A DNA stretch of 64,000 nucleotides from Candidatus Nealsonbacteria bacterium (GTDB taxonomy: Bacteria > Patescibacteriota > Minisyncoccia > Minisyncoccales > MHMH01). The position numbers were made by a program, and so were the translations under genes. Positions 56,955 to 64,000 of the stretch are shown here, piece after piece. The stretch's first letter is position 1. Every line of letters begins with the position of its first letter. The DNA lies in contig JACOYH010000003.1 of NCBI GenBank assembly GCA_016181965.1, positions 1,013 through 65,012 of the forward strand, in the 5' to 3' direction. The notes under the pieces were generated by a model. That model did not search any database, had not been told where the DNA came from, and worked only from the letters and a program-made list of their open reading frames with translations.

Positions 56955-58565
56955 ATGAAAGGAAATAAAATGAATGTTGGTTCTTTTTGTTTTGAAGCCA
57001 TGCTGCACCAGAAATTCCATATTTACGCGGGCGGTTTAGGCGTTGTTCAGGCAGGTCTTCTGAAATCCGGCGCCAGAAATGATTGGCCAATCAACCTTTA
57101 CGGACTTGGTATACTGTGGAAGCGCGGCTATTACGATCAGCGGCTCGACCCCTCAATGGGAATGGTGGCCGATTATGTGCCGCGCCAGTATGGCTTTCTT
57201 GAAGATACGGGTGTCAAAGTTGAGGTGGAAATCAACGGCCGGTCAAATCTAATTCGTGTTTGGCTTTTGACGCCAAAAGTTTTCGGCACCGCCCCGTTTT
57301 TTTTGCTCGATACCGACTTAGAAGAAAATGATGAACCTGCCCGTTCGATTACTCAATGTTTGTATGGCGGCAATGAGCGCACCCGCCTTGCTCAAGAAAT
57401 CGTCCTTGGGGTCGGGGGAGTTAGGGCGTTTGAGAAATTAGACATACCGATTGATTTATATCACGGCCAAGAGGGACACAGCGTTATGATAGCCCTTGAG
57501 CTTTTGCGAAAGTATCTGGAAGACGGATTTTCGCAAGAAGAAGCCGTGAAGGCGACCAAGCAGAAATTTGTTGCCACAACTCACACCCCTGAATTGGCAG
57601 GCAACGAAGAGCATGACATCGGGCTAATGGCCGAAATGGGTTGTTTCCCGCAGATTCCAACGACATTAGCTGAATCAATTGGCGGCAATCCATTCAATAT
57701 GACTGTGGCTCTGCTCAGGTTGGCCAAGAGAGTTAATGCCGTTTCCAAACTTCACCTCGAGACCACAAACAAAATGTGGTGTCGCGTGGAGGCGCGCTGC
57801 CCGATTGTTTCCGTGACCAATGGAGTAGACGCCGACTGGCAGAAACCTGATTTTGCGAAAGCCCTGACGCCTTTTCAGTTGCAGGAAACTAAAGCAGGGC
57901 ACAAAAGGACCCTTGTAGAATATATCAGAAAGAGAACCAGCGTTTTTTTGAAGGAAGATATTTTAACTATGGTTTGGGCTCGGCGTTTTTCCGACTACAA
58001 ACGGCCGTGGCTGGCACTTTTGGACTGGCCTTGGCTTGAAAAATTGCTGTGGTCAGACAAATTACAGTTGGTTATTGCGGGCAAGCCGCATCCCAACGAT
58101 ATGAGGAGCATATACTGCCTCAACGACATTTATCAAAAGTCGCTAAGAGTACCCAATCTCGTGATGCTGGCCGGCTACGAACGCAACCAAAGCGAAATGT
58201 TAAAAGCAGGCAGCGATTTGTGGCTGTTTACTTCAAGGCGTCCCCGAGAGGCCTGCAGTACCTCGGGAATGTCGGCGGCCTTAAATGGAACTTTGAATTT
58301 GGCTTGCCGCGATGGTTGGTATGAAGAATTGCCAGATGAATATTTTTTCCCTTTCGGGGTTTACAAGCCGTGTCGGACGGAAGGTGAGCAAGATACAACC
58401 GATTACCGCGATTTCACAAGAGCTTTTCAAGAAGCCGCAGGTATGTACTACAGCGATAAAGAAGCGTGGTACGAAAAGGCCCTGCTGGCTAAAAAGTATG
58501 TGGAGGAGAATTTCACCAGCGACCGAATGCTGGCGGACTACATTGATTTAATGTATCTGCCATAA
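56955..58565 (+). CDS. Alpha-glucan phosphorylase (GT35) homolog lacking the PLP-binding lysine
   Basis: IYAGGLGVVQAGLLKS...GILWKRGYYDQ N-terminus. The C-terminal motif reads EACSTSGMSAALNG where the family has E-A-(S/C)-G-T-S-(G/N)-M-K. Strong SD GAGGAGG. The start at 56955 is preferred. Confidence 0.75.
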   Translation: MKGNKMNVGSFCFEAMLHQKFHIYAGGLGVVQAGLLKSGARNDWPINLYGLGILWKRGYYDQRLDPSMGMVADYVPRQYGFLEDTGVKVEVEINGRSNLIRVWLLTPKVFGTAPFFLLDTDLEENDEPARSITQCLYGGNERTRLAQEIVLGVGGVRAFEKLDIPIDLYHGQEGHSVMIALELLRKYLEDGFSQEEAVKATKQKFVATTHTPELAGNEEHDIGLMAEMGCFPQIPTTLAESIGGNPFNMTVALLRLAKRVNAVSKLHLETTNKMWCRVEARCPIVSVTNGVDADWQKPDFAKALTPFQLQETKAGHKRTLVEYIRKRTSVFLKEDILTMVWARRFSDYKRPWLALLDWPWLEKLLWSDKLQLVIAGKPHPNDMRSIYCLNDIYQKSLRVPNLVMLAGYERNQSEMLKAGSDLWLFTSRRPREACSTSGMSAALNGTLNLACRDGWYEELPDEYFFPFGVYKPCRTEGEQDTTDYRDFTRAFQEAAGMYYSDKEAWYEKALLAKKYVEENFTSDRMLADYIDLMYLP

Positions 58566-58570
58566 AATAA

Positions 58571-58605
58571 AAAAAGGGTCTTGCGAAAGCAGGGCCCTTT
58601 TTCTC
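58571..58605. terminator. Bidirectional terminator hairpin
   Basis: AAAAA-GGGTCTTGC-GAAA-GCAGGGCCC-TTTTT. Confidence 0.7.
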
Positions 58606-58612
58606 TTTTTTG

Positions 58613-58683
58613 TCGGGGCGCTGGGAATTGAACCCAGTTCACAGGACCCCCAGCCCTGCATAATACCAATATACGACGCCCCG
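58613..58683 (-). tRNA. tRNA-Pro (anticodon GGG), CCA not encoded
   Basis: Acceptor CGGGGCG/CGCCCCG, anticodon loop CUGGGGG, T-arm CUGGG-UUCAAUU-CCCAG. The D-stem is weak and AT-rich. Confidence 0.85.
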
Positions 58684-58737
58684 CCTTCGCTCGCTACGGC
58701 GAGCTACGGCGGGCAAGCCCGCCGCCACACTTCATTA

Positions 58738-58817
58738 GTTCCTTAGCTAAGCTAAGCAACTTTGTTAGTTCCTTAGCTAAGCTAAGCAACTTTGGTTGCT
58801 TAGCTTAGCTAAGGGAA
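58738..58817. repeat. Cluster of three REP-A copies (6, 7, 8)
   Basis: 58738-58760 and 58768-58790 (GTTCCTTAGC-TAA-GCTAAGCAAC, within a 30-bp tandem duplication), and 58795-58817 (GTTGCTTAGC-TTA-GCTAAGGGAA, degenerate arm). Confidence 0.85.
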
Positions 58818-59002
58818 GCCACCTTGGTGAGCGCTTTGATGCACTTGGCGCAGGCCTTGACTCTTGGCCCCGAACCCAAATGAACCCACTGGAGGTTGGG
58901 TTGCTGTCTTCTTATAGCAGTCGGATTGTATTTGCCGCGGAGTTTTTTCCGGCGGATAACTCTCATCCCCGTTTTTTTACATATAGCGCATTGTCTTGGC
59001 AT
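58805..59002 (-). CDS. rpmB: 50S ribosomal protein L28
   Basis: MPRQCAICKKTG...YNPT....QPNLQWV......VKACAKCIKA. The start at 59002 is preferred. The last codons and the stop lie in REP-A copy 8. Confidence 0.8.
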   Translation of the reverse strand: MPRQCAICKKTGMRVIRRKKLRGKYNPTAIRRQQPNLQWVHLGSGPRVKACAKCIKALTKVASLS

Positions 59003-59029
59003 ACGGGGATATGCTATCATGAAACCATT

Positions 59030-59644
59030 ATGCTTGCAATATTTTCGCTTATTGTTTTATTTTTTTCCATTATGCTTCACGAAATAGCCCACGGAAGCAT
59101 GGCCTTGCGTCTGGGCGACCCCACGGCAAAATACGCAGGTCGTCTAACGCTCAACCCCTTAAAGCACATCGACCCCTTGGGGACCATTATGCTGCCGCTG
59201 ATTTTATTGGTTGTAACTGCCGGCCGAGGGCCAATTATCGGCTGGGCAAAGCCGGTGCCGATTAATCCTTTTAATTTTACCGACCAGCGGTGGGGCTCTC
59301 TGAAGGTTTCATTGGCCGGACCAGCCGTCAATTTTCTGGTAGCCGGATTTTTCGGTTTGGCAATTCGCTTTGTCTATCTGCCCGATTCGCTGTTTCTGCT
59401 TTTCGGCATTATTGTAATTTATAATTTTGCCTGGGGGCTTTTCAACTTGGTTCCTATTTCTCCCCTGGACGGATCTCATATTTTGTTTTCCCTGCTGCCC
59501 GCAAAATATAACCAGCTCAAGTTATTTTTACAGCAGTACGGCTTATTTATTCTTATCTTGTTTATTTTTACGGGTTTGGACTGGATTTTCAGGGGCGCCT
59601 CTTTCCTCTTTTCGGTCGTTGCGGGCCAGCCCTTCGCTATTTAG
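59030..59644 (+). CDS. Site-2 protease family (M50) membrane metalloprotease
   Basis: HEIAHG zinc motif, LNPLKHIDPLGT, NLVPISPLDGSHIL. The ORF-track N-terminal extension (58796-59029) is antisense to rpmB and was rejected. Confidence 0.85.
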   Translation: MLAIFSLIVLFFSIMLHEIAHGSMALRLGDPTAKYAGRLTLNPLKHIDPLGTIMLPLILLVVTAGRGPIIGWAKPVPINPFNFTDQRWGSLKVSLAGPAVNFLVAGFFGLAIRFVYLPDSLFLLFGIIVIYNFAWGLFNLVPISPLDGSHILFSLLPAKYNQLKLFLQQYGLFILILFIFTGLDWIFRGASFLFSVVAGQPFAI

Positions 59645-59694
59645 CCGAATTTTATTGACAGTATAATGTTTATTTGTTAGGGTATTATTTGTTT

Positions 59695-60105
59695 ATGCCG
59701 ACTATCCAGCAATTGGTAAAAAGAGGCAGAAAGAAATCGAAGAGAAAGGACGCAACGCCCGCCCTGACTTTTGGTTTTAATGTTTTAAAAAATAGACCCA
59801 TAAAATCGGCCTCGCCATTCAAGAGGGGAGTTTGCCTGAAGGTCTTTACCACCACCCCCAGAAAACCAAACTCCGCCTTACGAAAAGTGGCGAGAGTTCG
59901 TTTGACCAATGGCATGGAAGTCACCGCCTACATTCCGGGCGAGGGCCATAACCTTCAAGAGCACTCGGTGGTGGCTCTTCGCGGCGGCAGAGTAAAAGAC
60001 CTGCCCGGAGTCGCCTACCATATAGTAAGAGGACGGCTTGATACCGGAGGGGTTGATGGCAGGAAACAAGAAAGATCTAAATACGGAACAAAAAGAGCCA
60101 AATAA
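59695..60105 (+). CDS. rpsL: 30S ribosomal protein S12
   Basis: [12 protein letters not shown]... [16 protein letters not shown]. Confidence 0.96.
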   Translation: MPTIQQLVKRGRKKSKRKDATPALTFGFNVLKNRPIKSASPFKRGVCLKVFTTTPRKPNSALRKVARVRLTNGMEVTAYIPGEGHNLQEHSVVALRGGRVKDLPGVAYHIVRGRLDTGGVDGRKQERSKYGTKRAK

Positions 60106-60107
60106 TT

Positions 60108-60578
60108 ATGTCTAGACGCAAAAAAGCAGAAAAAAGAATTCCCGCCCCAGATCCGATTTACCAGAGCACGCAACTGGCCAAATTTATCAATAATGTCATG
60201 GAGAGGGGTAAGAAATCAGTCGCCCGCAAAATCGTCTACGGCGCCTTGAATATTGTCAAGGAAAAGACAAAAAAAGAACCCTTAGAGATTTTTGAATTGG
60301 CCATTAGGAACGCTTCTCCTCTTTTGGAAATAAAACCCAAGAGAGTCGGCGGAGCCACTTATCAGGTGCCGCGGGAAGTGAGCGGGCCGCGAAAGACGGC
60401 TTTGGCCACGCGATGGATCATAGATGCCGCCCGATCTCAAAAAGGCAGGCCCATGAGAGAAAAGTTGGCTGATGAGCTGATGGCCGCAGCCAAAAACGAA
60501 GGGTCGGCCATCAGAAAAAAGGAGACCACTCACAAAATGGCCGAAGCCAATCGCGCCTTCGCCCATTTTAGCTGGTAA
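60108..60578 (+). CDS. rpsG: 30S ribosomal protein S7
   Basis: 156 aa with GKKSVA..IVY.AL and ARW. Confidence 0.96.
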   Translation: MSRRKKAEKRIPAPDPIYQSTQLAKFINNVMERGKKSVARKIVYGALNIVKEKTKKEPLEIFELAIRNASPLLEIKPKRVGGATYQVPREVSGPRKTALATRWIIDAARSQKGRPMREKLADELMAAAKNEGSAIRKKETTHKMAEANRAFAHFSW

Positions 60579-60581
60579 TTC

Positions 60582-62687
60582 ATGCCCAGAGTTTATCCTA
60601 TACAACGAGTCAGAGATATTGGCATCATCGCGCACATTGACGCTGGCAAAACAACGATGAGCGAGCGCGTTTTGTTTTACACCGGAATTTCCCACAAAAT
60701 TGGCGAGGTTCACGAGGGAGCCGCTATTATGGATTGGATGGAGCAAGAAAGAGAAAGGGGCATTACCATCACTTCCGCCGCGACCACTTGCTTTTGGACT
60801 CCCACTTATCAGGAGAAAAAAAAGGAGAATGAATATAGAATTAATCTTATCGATACCCCCGGTCATATTGATTTTACCGCTGAAGTGCAGCGATCATTGA
60901 GGGTCTTAGACGGAGCTGTCGTTGTTTTTGACGGCGTTGCCGGAGTCGAGCCGCAGTCCGAGACCGTTTGGCGGCAGGCAGACAAATATAATGTTCCGCG
61001 GATATGCTTTATCAATAAGTTAGACAGAATGGGCGCCGACTTCGAAAAAAGTTTGGGCAGTATTTGGCAGAAACTCACGCCAAATGCCGTTGCTATGCAG
61101 TTGCCCGTTGGAGCCGAAAGCAATTTTGAAGGCGTTATTGATCTTTTAACCATGAAGCTCGTGAGATATAAAGGTGATTTCGGACAGGTTATCGAAAACG
61201 AGGAGATCCCCAGCGAGCTTTTAGAAAGAGCCAAAACATGGAGAGGAAAATTGGTGGAAAAGATTGCCCCCGAAGATGAACAGTTACTGGAAAAGTATCT
61301 TGCGGCTAAAGAAATTTCACCTGACGAGTTGAAGGCGGCCTTAAGGAAAGCGGTTCTTGGTTATAAGCTGGTGCCGGTATTTTGCGGTTCGGCTTTGAAA
61401 AATAAAGGAGTGCAGTCGCTTTTGGACGGAGTCGTTGACTATCTGCCCAGCCCCATTGATTTGCCGCCAGTTGAAGGCATTGACCCGAAAACAAACGAAA
61501 GCACAAGCCGCGAAGCCGACGACAACAAACCATTCTCGGCCTTGGCTTTTAAAATTGCCAGCGACCCCTATGTCGGCACCCTGACTTATTTTAGAGTGTA
61601 TTCGGGAACTTTACAGAAGGGTTCTTATGTTTTAAACACCACCACGGGAGAGAAAGAAAGAATCGGCCGCATCTTGAGAATGCATGCTGCCGAGCGGGAA
61701 GAAGTGGAAGAATTGTATGCCGGAGATATTGCAGCTACCGTGGGTCTGAAAAACACCAGCACCGGCCACACGCTTTGCGACGAAAATCACCCCATTATTT
61801 TAGAACAGATCAATTTTCCAGAGCCGGTTATTTCTATCAGGATCGAGCCCAAAACAAAAGCCGACCAAGAGAAAATGGGCATGGCCCTGCGCCGACTGGC
61901 CGATGAAGATCCGACCTTTAAGATTAAAAGCGACATAGAAACCGGAGAGACGTTGATATCGGGCATGGGCGAACTTCATTTGGACATTTTGGTGGACAGA
62001 ATGAAAAGAGAATTCAAGGTTGAAGCCAATGTAGGCAGGCCGCAGGTGGCTTACAAAGAAACCATTAAAAATACCGCGGAAGCAGAAGGAAAATACGTCA
62101 GGCAGTCGGGCGGCCGCGGCCAGTACGGCCATGTTTGGCTGCGCATTGAACCAAAAGAAAGGGGCGAGGGCTTTGAGTTTATTAACGAAATTAAAGGCGG
62201 AGTTATTCCGCAGGAATATATTCCCGCGGTCGGAAAAGGAGTAAAAGAAGCGTTGGACAAAGGCGTTGTGGCCGGCTATCCCATGGTTGATTTGGCTGTT
62301 GCTTTGTATGACGGTTCGTACCACGAGGTGGATTCTTCCGAAATCGCTTTCAAAATCGCTGGTTCACAGGCCTTGCATTCTGCCGCCAAGCGCGCTAACC
62401 CCGTGTTGCTCGAGCCAATAATGAAAATAGAGGTGACTATCCCCGAAGATTTTTTCGGCGATACCATCGGCGATTTGTCGGCAAGGAGGGGGAGAATTGA
62501 GGAAACATCAGACCGCCTTAATGTGAAAGTCATAGACGCCAAAGTTCCCTTGTCAGAAATGTTCGGATATGCTACCGCTTTGAGAAGCATGACCGAGGGG
62601 AGGGGAGCATTTTCAATGGAATTTGACAAGTACGAAGAAACACCGGCAAATATCGCCCAAGAAATTATAGAAGGCAAACGAAGATAA
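60582..62687 (+). CDS. fusA: Elongation factor G
   Basis: 701 aa with [24 protein letters not shown] and NKLDR. Confidence 0.97.
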   Translation: MPRVYPIQRVRDIGIIAHIDAGKTTMSERVLFYTGISHKIGEVHEGAAIMDWMEQERERGITITSAATTCFWTPTYQEKKKENEYRINLIDTPGHIDFTAEVQRSLRVLDGAVVVFDGVAGVEPQSETVWRQADKYNVPRICFINKLDRMGADFEKSLGSIWQKLTPNAVAMQLPVGAESNFEGVIDLLTMKLVRYKGDFGQVIENEEIPSELLERAKTWRGKLVEKIAPEDEQLLEKYLAAKEISPDELKAALRKAVLGYKLVPVFCGSALKNKGVQSLLDGVVDYLPSPIDLPPVEGIDPKTNESTSREADDNKPFSALAFKIASDPYVGTLTYFRVYSGTLQKGSYVLNTTTGEKERIGRILRMHAAEREEVEELYAGDIAATVGLKNTSTGHTLCDENHPIILEQINFPEPVISIRIEPKTKADQEKMGMALRRLADEDPTFKIKSDIETGETLISGMGELHLDILVDRMKREFKVEANVGRPQVAYKETIKNTAEAEGKYVRQSGGRGQYGHVWLRIEPKERGEGFEFINEIKGGVIPQEYIPAVGKGVKEALDKGVVAGYPMVDLAVALYDGSYHEVDSSEIAFKIAGSQALHSAAKRANPVLLEPIMKIEVTIPEDFFGDTIGDLSARRGRIEETSDRLNVKVIDAKVPLSEMFGYATALRSMTEGRGAFSMEFDKYEETPANIAQEIIEGKRR

Positions 62688-62692
62688 GTTAT

Positions 62693-62757
62693 TGAGGGAT
62701 TTACGAAATCCCTCACAGCGTTGAGGGATTTCGTAAATCCCTCAAAAATCCCTCAAA
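62693..62757. repeat. REP-E: two adjacent palindromes in opposite orientation plus a third half-arm
   Basis: TGAGGGATTT-ACG-AAATCCCTCA (62693-62715), TTGAGGGATTT-CGT-AAATCCCTCAA (62721-62745), AAATCCCTCAA (62747-62757). Confidence 0.85.
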
Positions 62758-62776
62758 TCACTCAAGTAAAAATAGT

Positions 62777-62980
62777 ATGGATATAAGTGAAATCAAAAAA
62801 ATAATTGAAGCAGATGGAGGCAAGTTTATTTTTGTTGAAGATGGCAAACCGACTATGGTTGTTTGCAGTTTTGATGAGTATAAAAAGAAATTGTTTAAGG
62901 AGGCAAGTTCTGTCCGTCCCGCTTCAATACCCAAAGAGTTGAGCGGAGATGAGCTGAAAATTGAGGATTTGCCGCTTTAA
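62777..62980 (+). CDS. Small hypothetical protein inserted between fusA and tuf
   Basis: 67-aa ORF. There is a weak resemblance to Phd/YefM-type antitoxin N-termini (FIFVEDGKPTMVVCSFDEYKKL) that I cannot confirm. Confidence 0.45.
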   Translation: MDISEIKKIIEADGGKFIFVEDGKPTMVVCSFDEYKKKLFKEASSVRPASIPKELSGDELKIEDLPL

Positions 62981-62995
62981 TGCAATGCCGGGCAG

Positions 62996-63023
62996 TTGAC
63001 AAATTTTAGGATATGTATAGAAT
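62996..63023 (+). promoter_or_regulatory. Promoter upstream of tuf (TTGACA-16-TAGAAT)
   Basis: TTGACA at 62996-63001 and TAGAAT at 63018-63023. Confidence 0.5.
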
Positions 63024-63079
63024 ATGAATTAGTTATAAATTAACCTAAATAATAATTAATAAAACTAATAAGTAAAAAT

Positions 63080-64000
63080 ATGGCAGAAAAAGAGAAATTT
63101 GAACGAGTGAAACCGCATGTTAACGTCGGAACTATCGGCCACGTCGACCATGGCAAGACGACTTTAACCGCTTCAATCCTTCACGTTTTGCACCTGAAGG
63201 GTCTTAGGGTTTCCGAAAAGAGCGTTGATCAAATTGACGCAGCCCCGGAGGAAAAAGCCAGAGGGTTAACGATTTCCGTTTCTCACTTGGAGTACGAATC
63301 GGAGAACAGGCATTACGCCCACATTGACTGCCCGGGACACGCTGACTATATCAAGAATATGATTACCGGAGCCGCTCAAATGGACGGAGCTGTTTTAGTG
63401 GTCTCCGCTCCGGACGGTCCCATGCCTCAAACCAGAGAACACATTCTTTTGGCAAGACAGGTGGGATTGCCCTCAATTGTTGTTTTCCTGAATAAGGTTG
63501 ACATGGTTGATGATCCGGAAATTATTGATTTGGTGGAGTCGGAAGTCAGGGAGCTTCTAAAGAAATATAAATTCCCCGGCGACGAAATTCCTGTTATTCG
63601 CGGATCAGCCGTGAAGGCCCTGGAAGCGAAATCAGCCGACGACGAGGCGGCCAAGCCAATTTTAGATCTCGTTAAGGCCCTAGATGAATACATTCCCGAG
63701 CCAGTCAGAGAAATTGATAAGCCGGTCTTGATGGCTGTGGAAGATGTCTTCACTATTGAAGGCCGAGGAACAGTTGCCACCGGCAGAATTGAGAGAGGTG
63801 TGGTGCATCCCAACGACGAAGTGGAACTGGTTGGAATTAAACCAACCGCGAAAACCACTGCCGTCAGCGTGGAAATGTTCAACAAAATGCTGGACGAGGG
63901 GAGAGCCGGCGATAATGTCGGTATTTTACTGCGCGGTCTGAAGAAGGAAGATGTTGAGAGGGGACAGGTTTTGGCCAAGCCCGGCAGTATTACTCCTCAT
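63080..64000 (+). CDS. tuf: Elongation factor Tu, N-terminal ~307 codons (3' end is outside the window)
   Basis: [37 protein letters not shown] and NKVD. The frame is open to the window edge, so it is absent from the ORF track. The listed ORF 63427-63978(-) is its antisense shadow. Confidence 0.95.
   Translation, partial: MAEKEKFERVKPHVNVGTIGHVDHGKTTLTASILHVLHLKGLRVSEKSVDQIDAAPEEKARGLTISVSHLEYESENRHYAHIDCPGHADYIKNMITGAAQMDGAVLVVSAPDGPMPQTREHILLARQVGLPSIVVFLNKVDMVDDPEIIDLVESEVRELLKKYKFPGDEIPVIRGSAVKALEAKSADDEAAKPILDLVKALDEYIPEPVREIDKPVLMAVEDVFTIEGRGTVATGRIERGVVHPNDEVELVGIKPTAKTTAVSVEMFNKMLDEGRAGDNVGILLRGLKKEDVERGQVLAKPGSITPH

Noticed and set aside
58735-58817. Mini CRISPR-like array (regularly spaced repeats)
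   Set aside because: There are only two 30-bp units plus one inverted copy. The repeats are the dispersed REP-A palindrome, there are no unique spacers, and no cas genes are present.
58796-59029. N-terminal extension of the M50 protease ORF (MLSLAKGSHL...)
   Set aside because: It begins inside REP-A and is antisense to the well-supported L28 gene. The protease domain starts at the ATG at 59030.

Overview
This 64-kb window is mostly tightly packed housekeeping genes on both strands. They include dprA-comM, rpoB-rpoC, ftsK-recA, rpsF-ssb-rpsR, trpS, rnj, uvrC, uvrA, groES-groEL, lemA-htpX, dnaG-rpoD, typA, a DEAD-box helicase, ndk, rpmB and rpsL-rpsG-fusA-tuf. There are also four tRNAs: Leu-CAG, Ser-GGA, Asn-GUU and Pro-GGG. 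Carbon and redox genes include PGM, PGI/PMI, a glycogen-debranching-like enzyme, an alpha-glucan phosphorylase homolog, a ferredoxin with a 2-oxoacid:ferredoxin oxidoreductase, and a cupredoxin. The gene content points to a small-genome, Candidate Phyla Radiation/Patescibacteria-like bacterium: short RpoB/RpoC, an O-antigen-ligase+TPR protein, a DUF5679-like zinc ribbon, few Shine-Dalgarno sequences and many apparently leaderless genes. That placement is inference only. I saw no rRNA, CRISPR array, reverse transcriptase, integrase or obvious prophage. The unexpected content is nearly all in the small intergenic spaces. (1) At least five families of perfect or near-perfect palindromic REP-like repeats are present. 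Two of them tightly bracket IS200/RAYT-type HUH tyrosine-transposase genes. Some copies lie inside coding sequence or supply stop codons. (2) Between comM and yraN there is a 71-nt alanine-type tRNA-like domain. It has a G3:U70 pair, A73, an encoded CCA and a canonical T-arm, but no anticodon arm. It is wired to a downstream 13-nt perfect complement, an internal consensus promoter and a terminator. It looks tmRNA-like but does not fit one-piece or known permuted tmRNA architecture. (3) Two GC-rich orphan mini-cassettes each have a consensus TTGACA/TATAAT promoter, a strong SD and their own terminator. One sits next to tRNA-Ser and holds a lysine-free 69-codon ORF or an ncRNA. The other has a ~100-nt structured leader and a 52-aa hydrophobic peptide. 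(4) The alpha-glucan phosphorylase homolog lacks the PLP-binding lysine. All functional calls come from motif recognition by eye; no database search or folding program was run.
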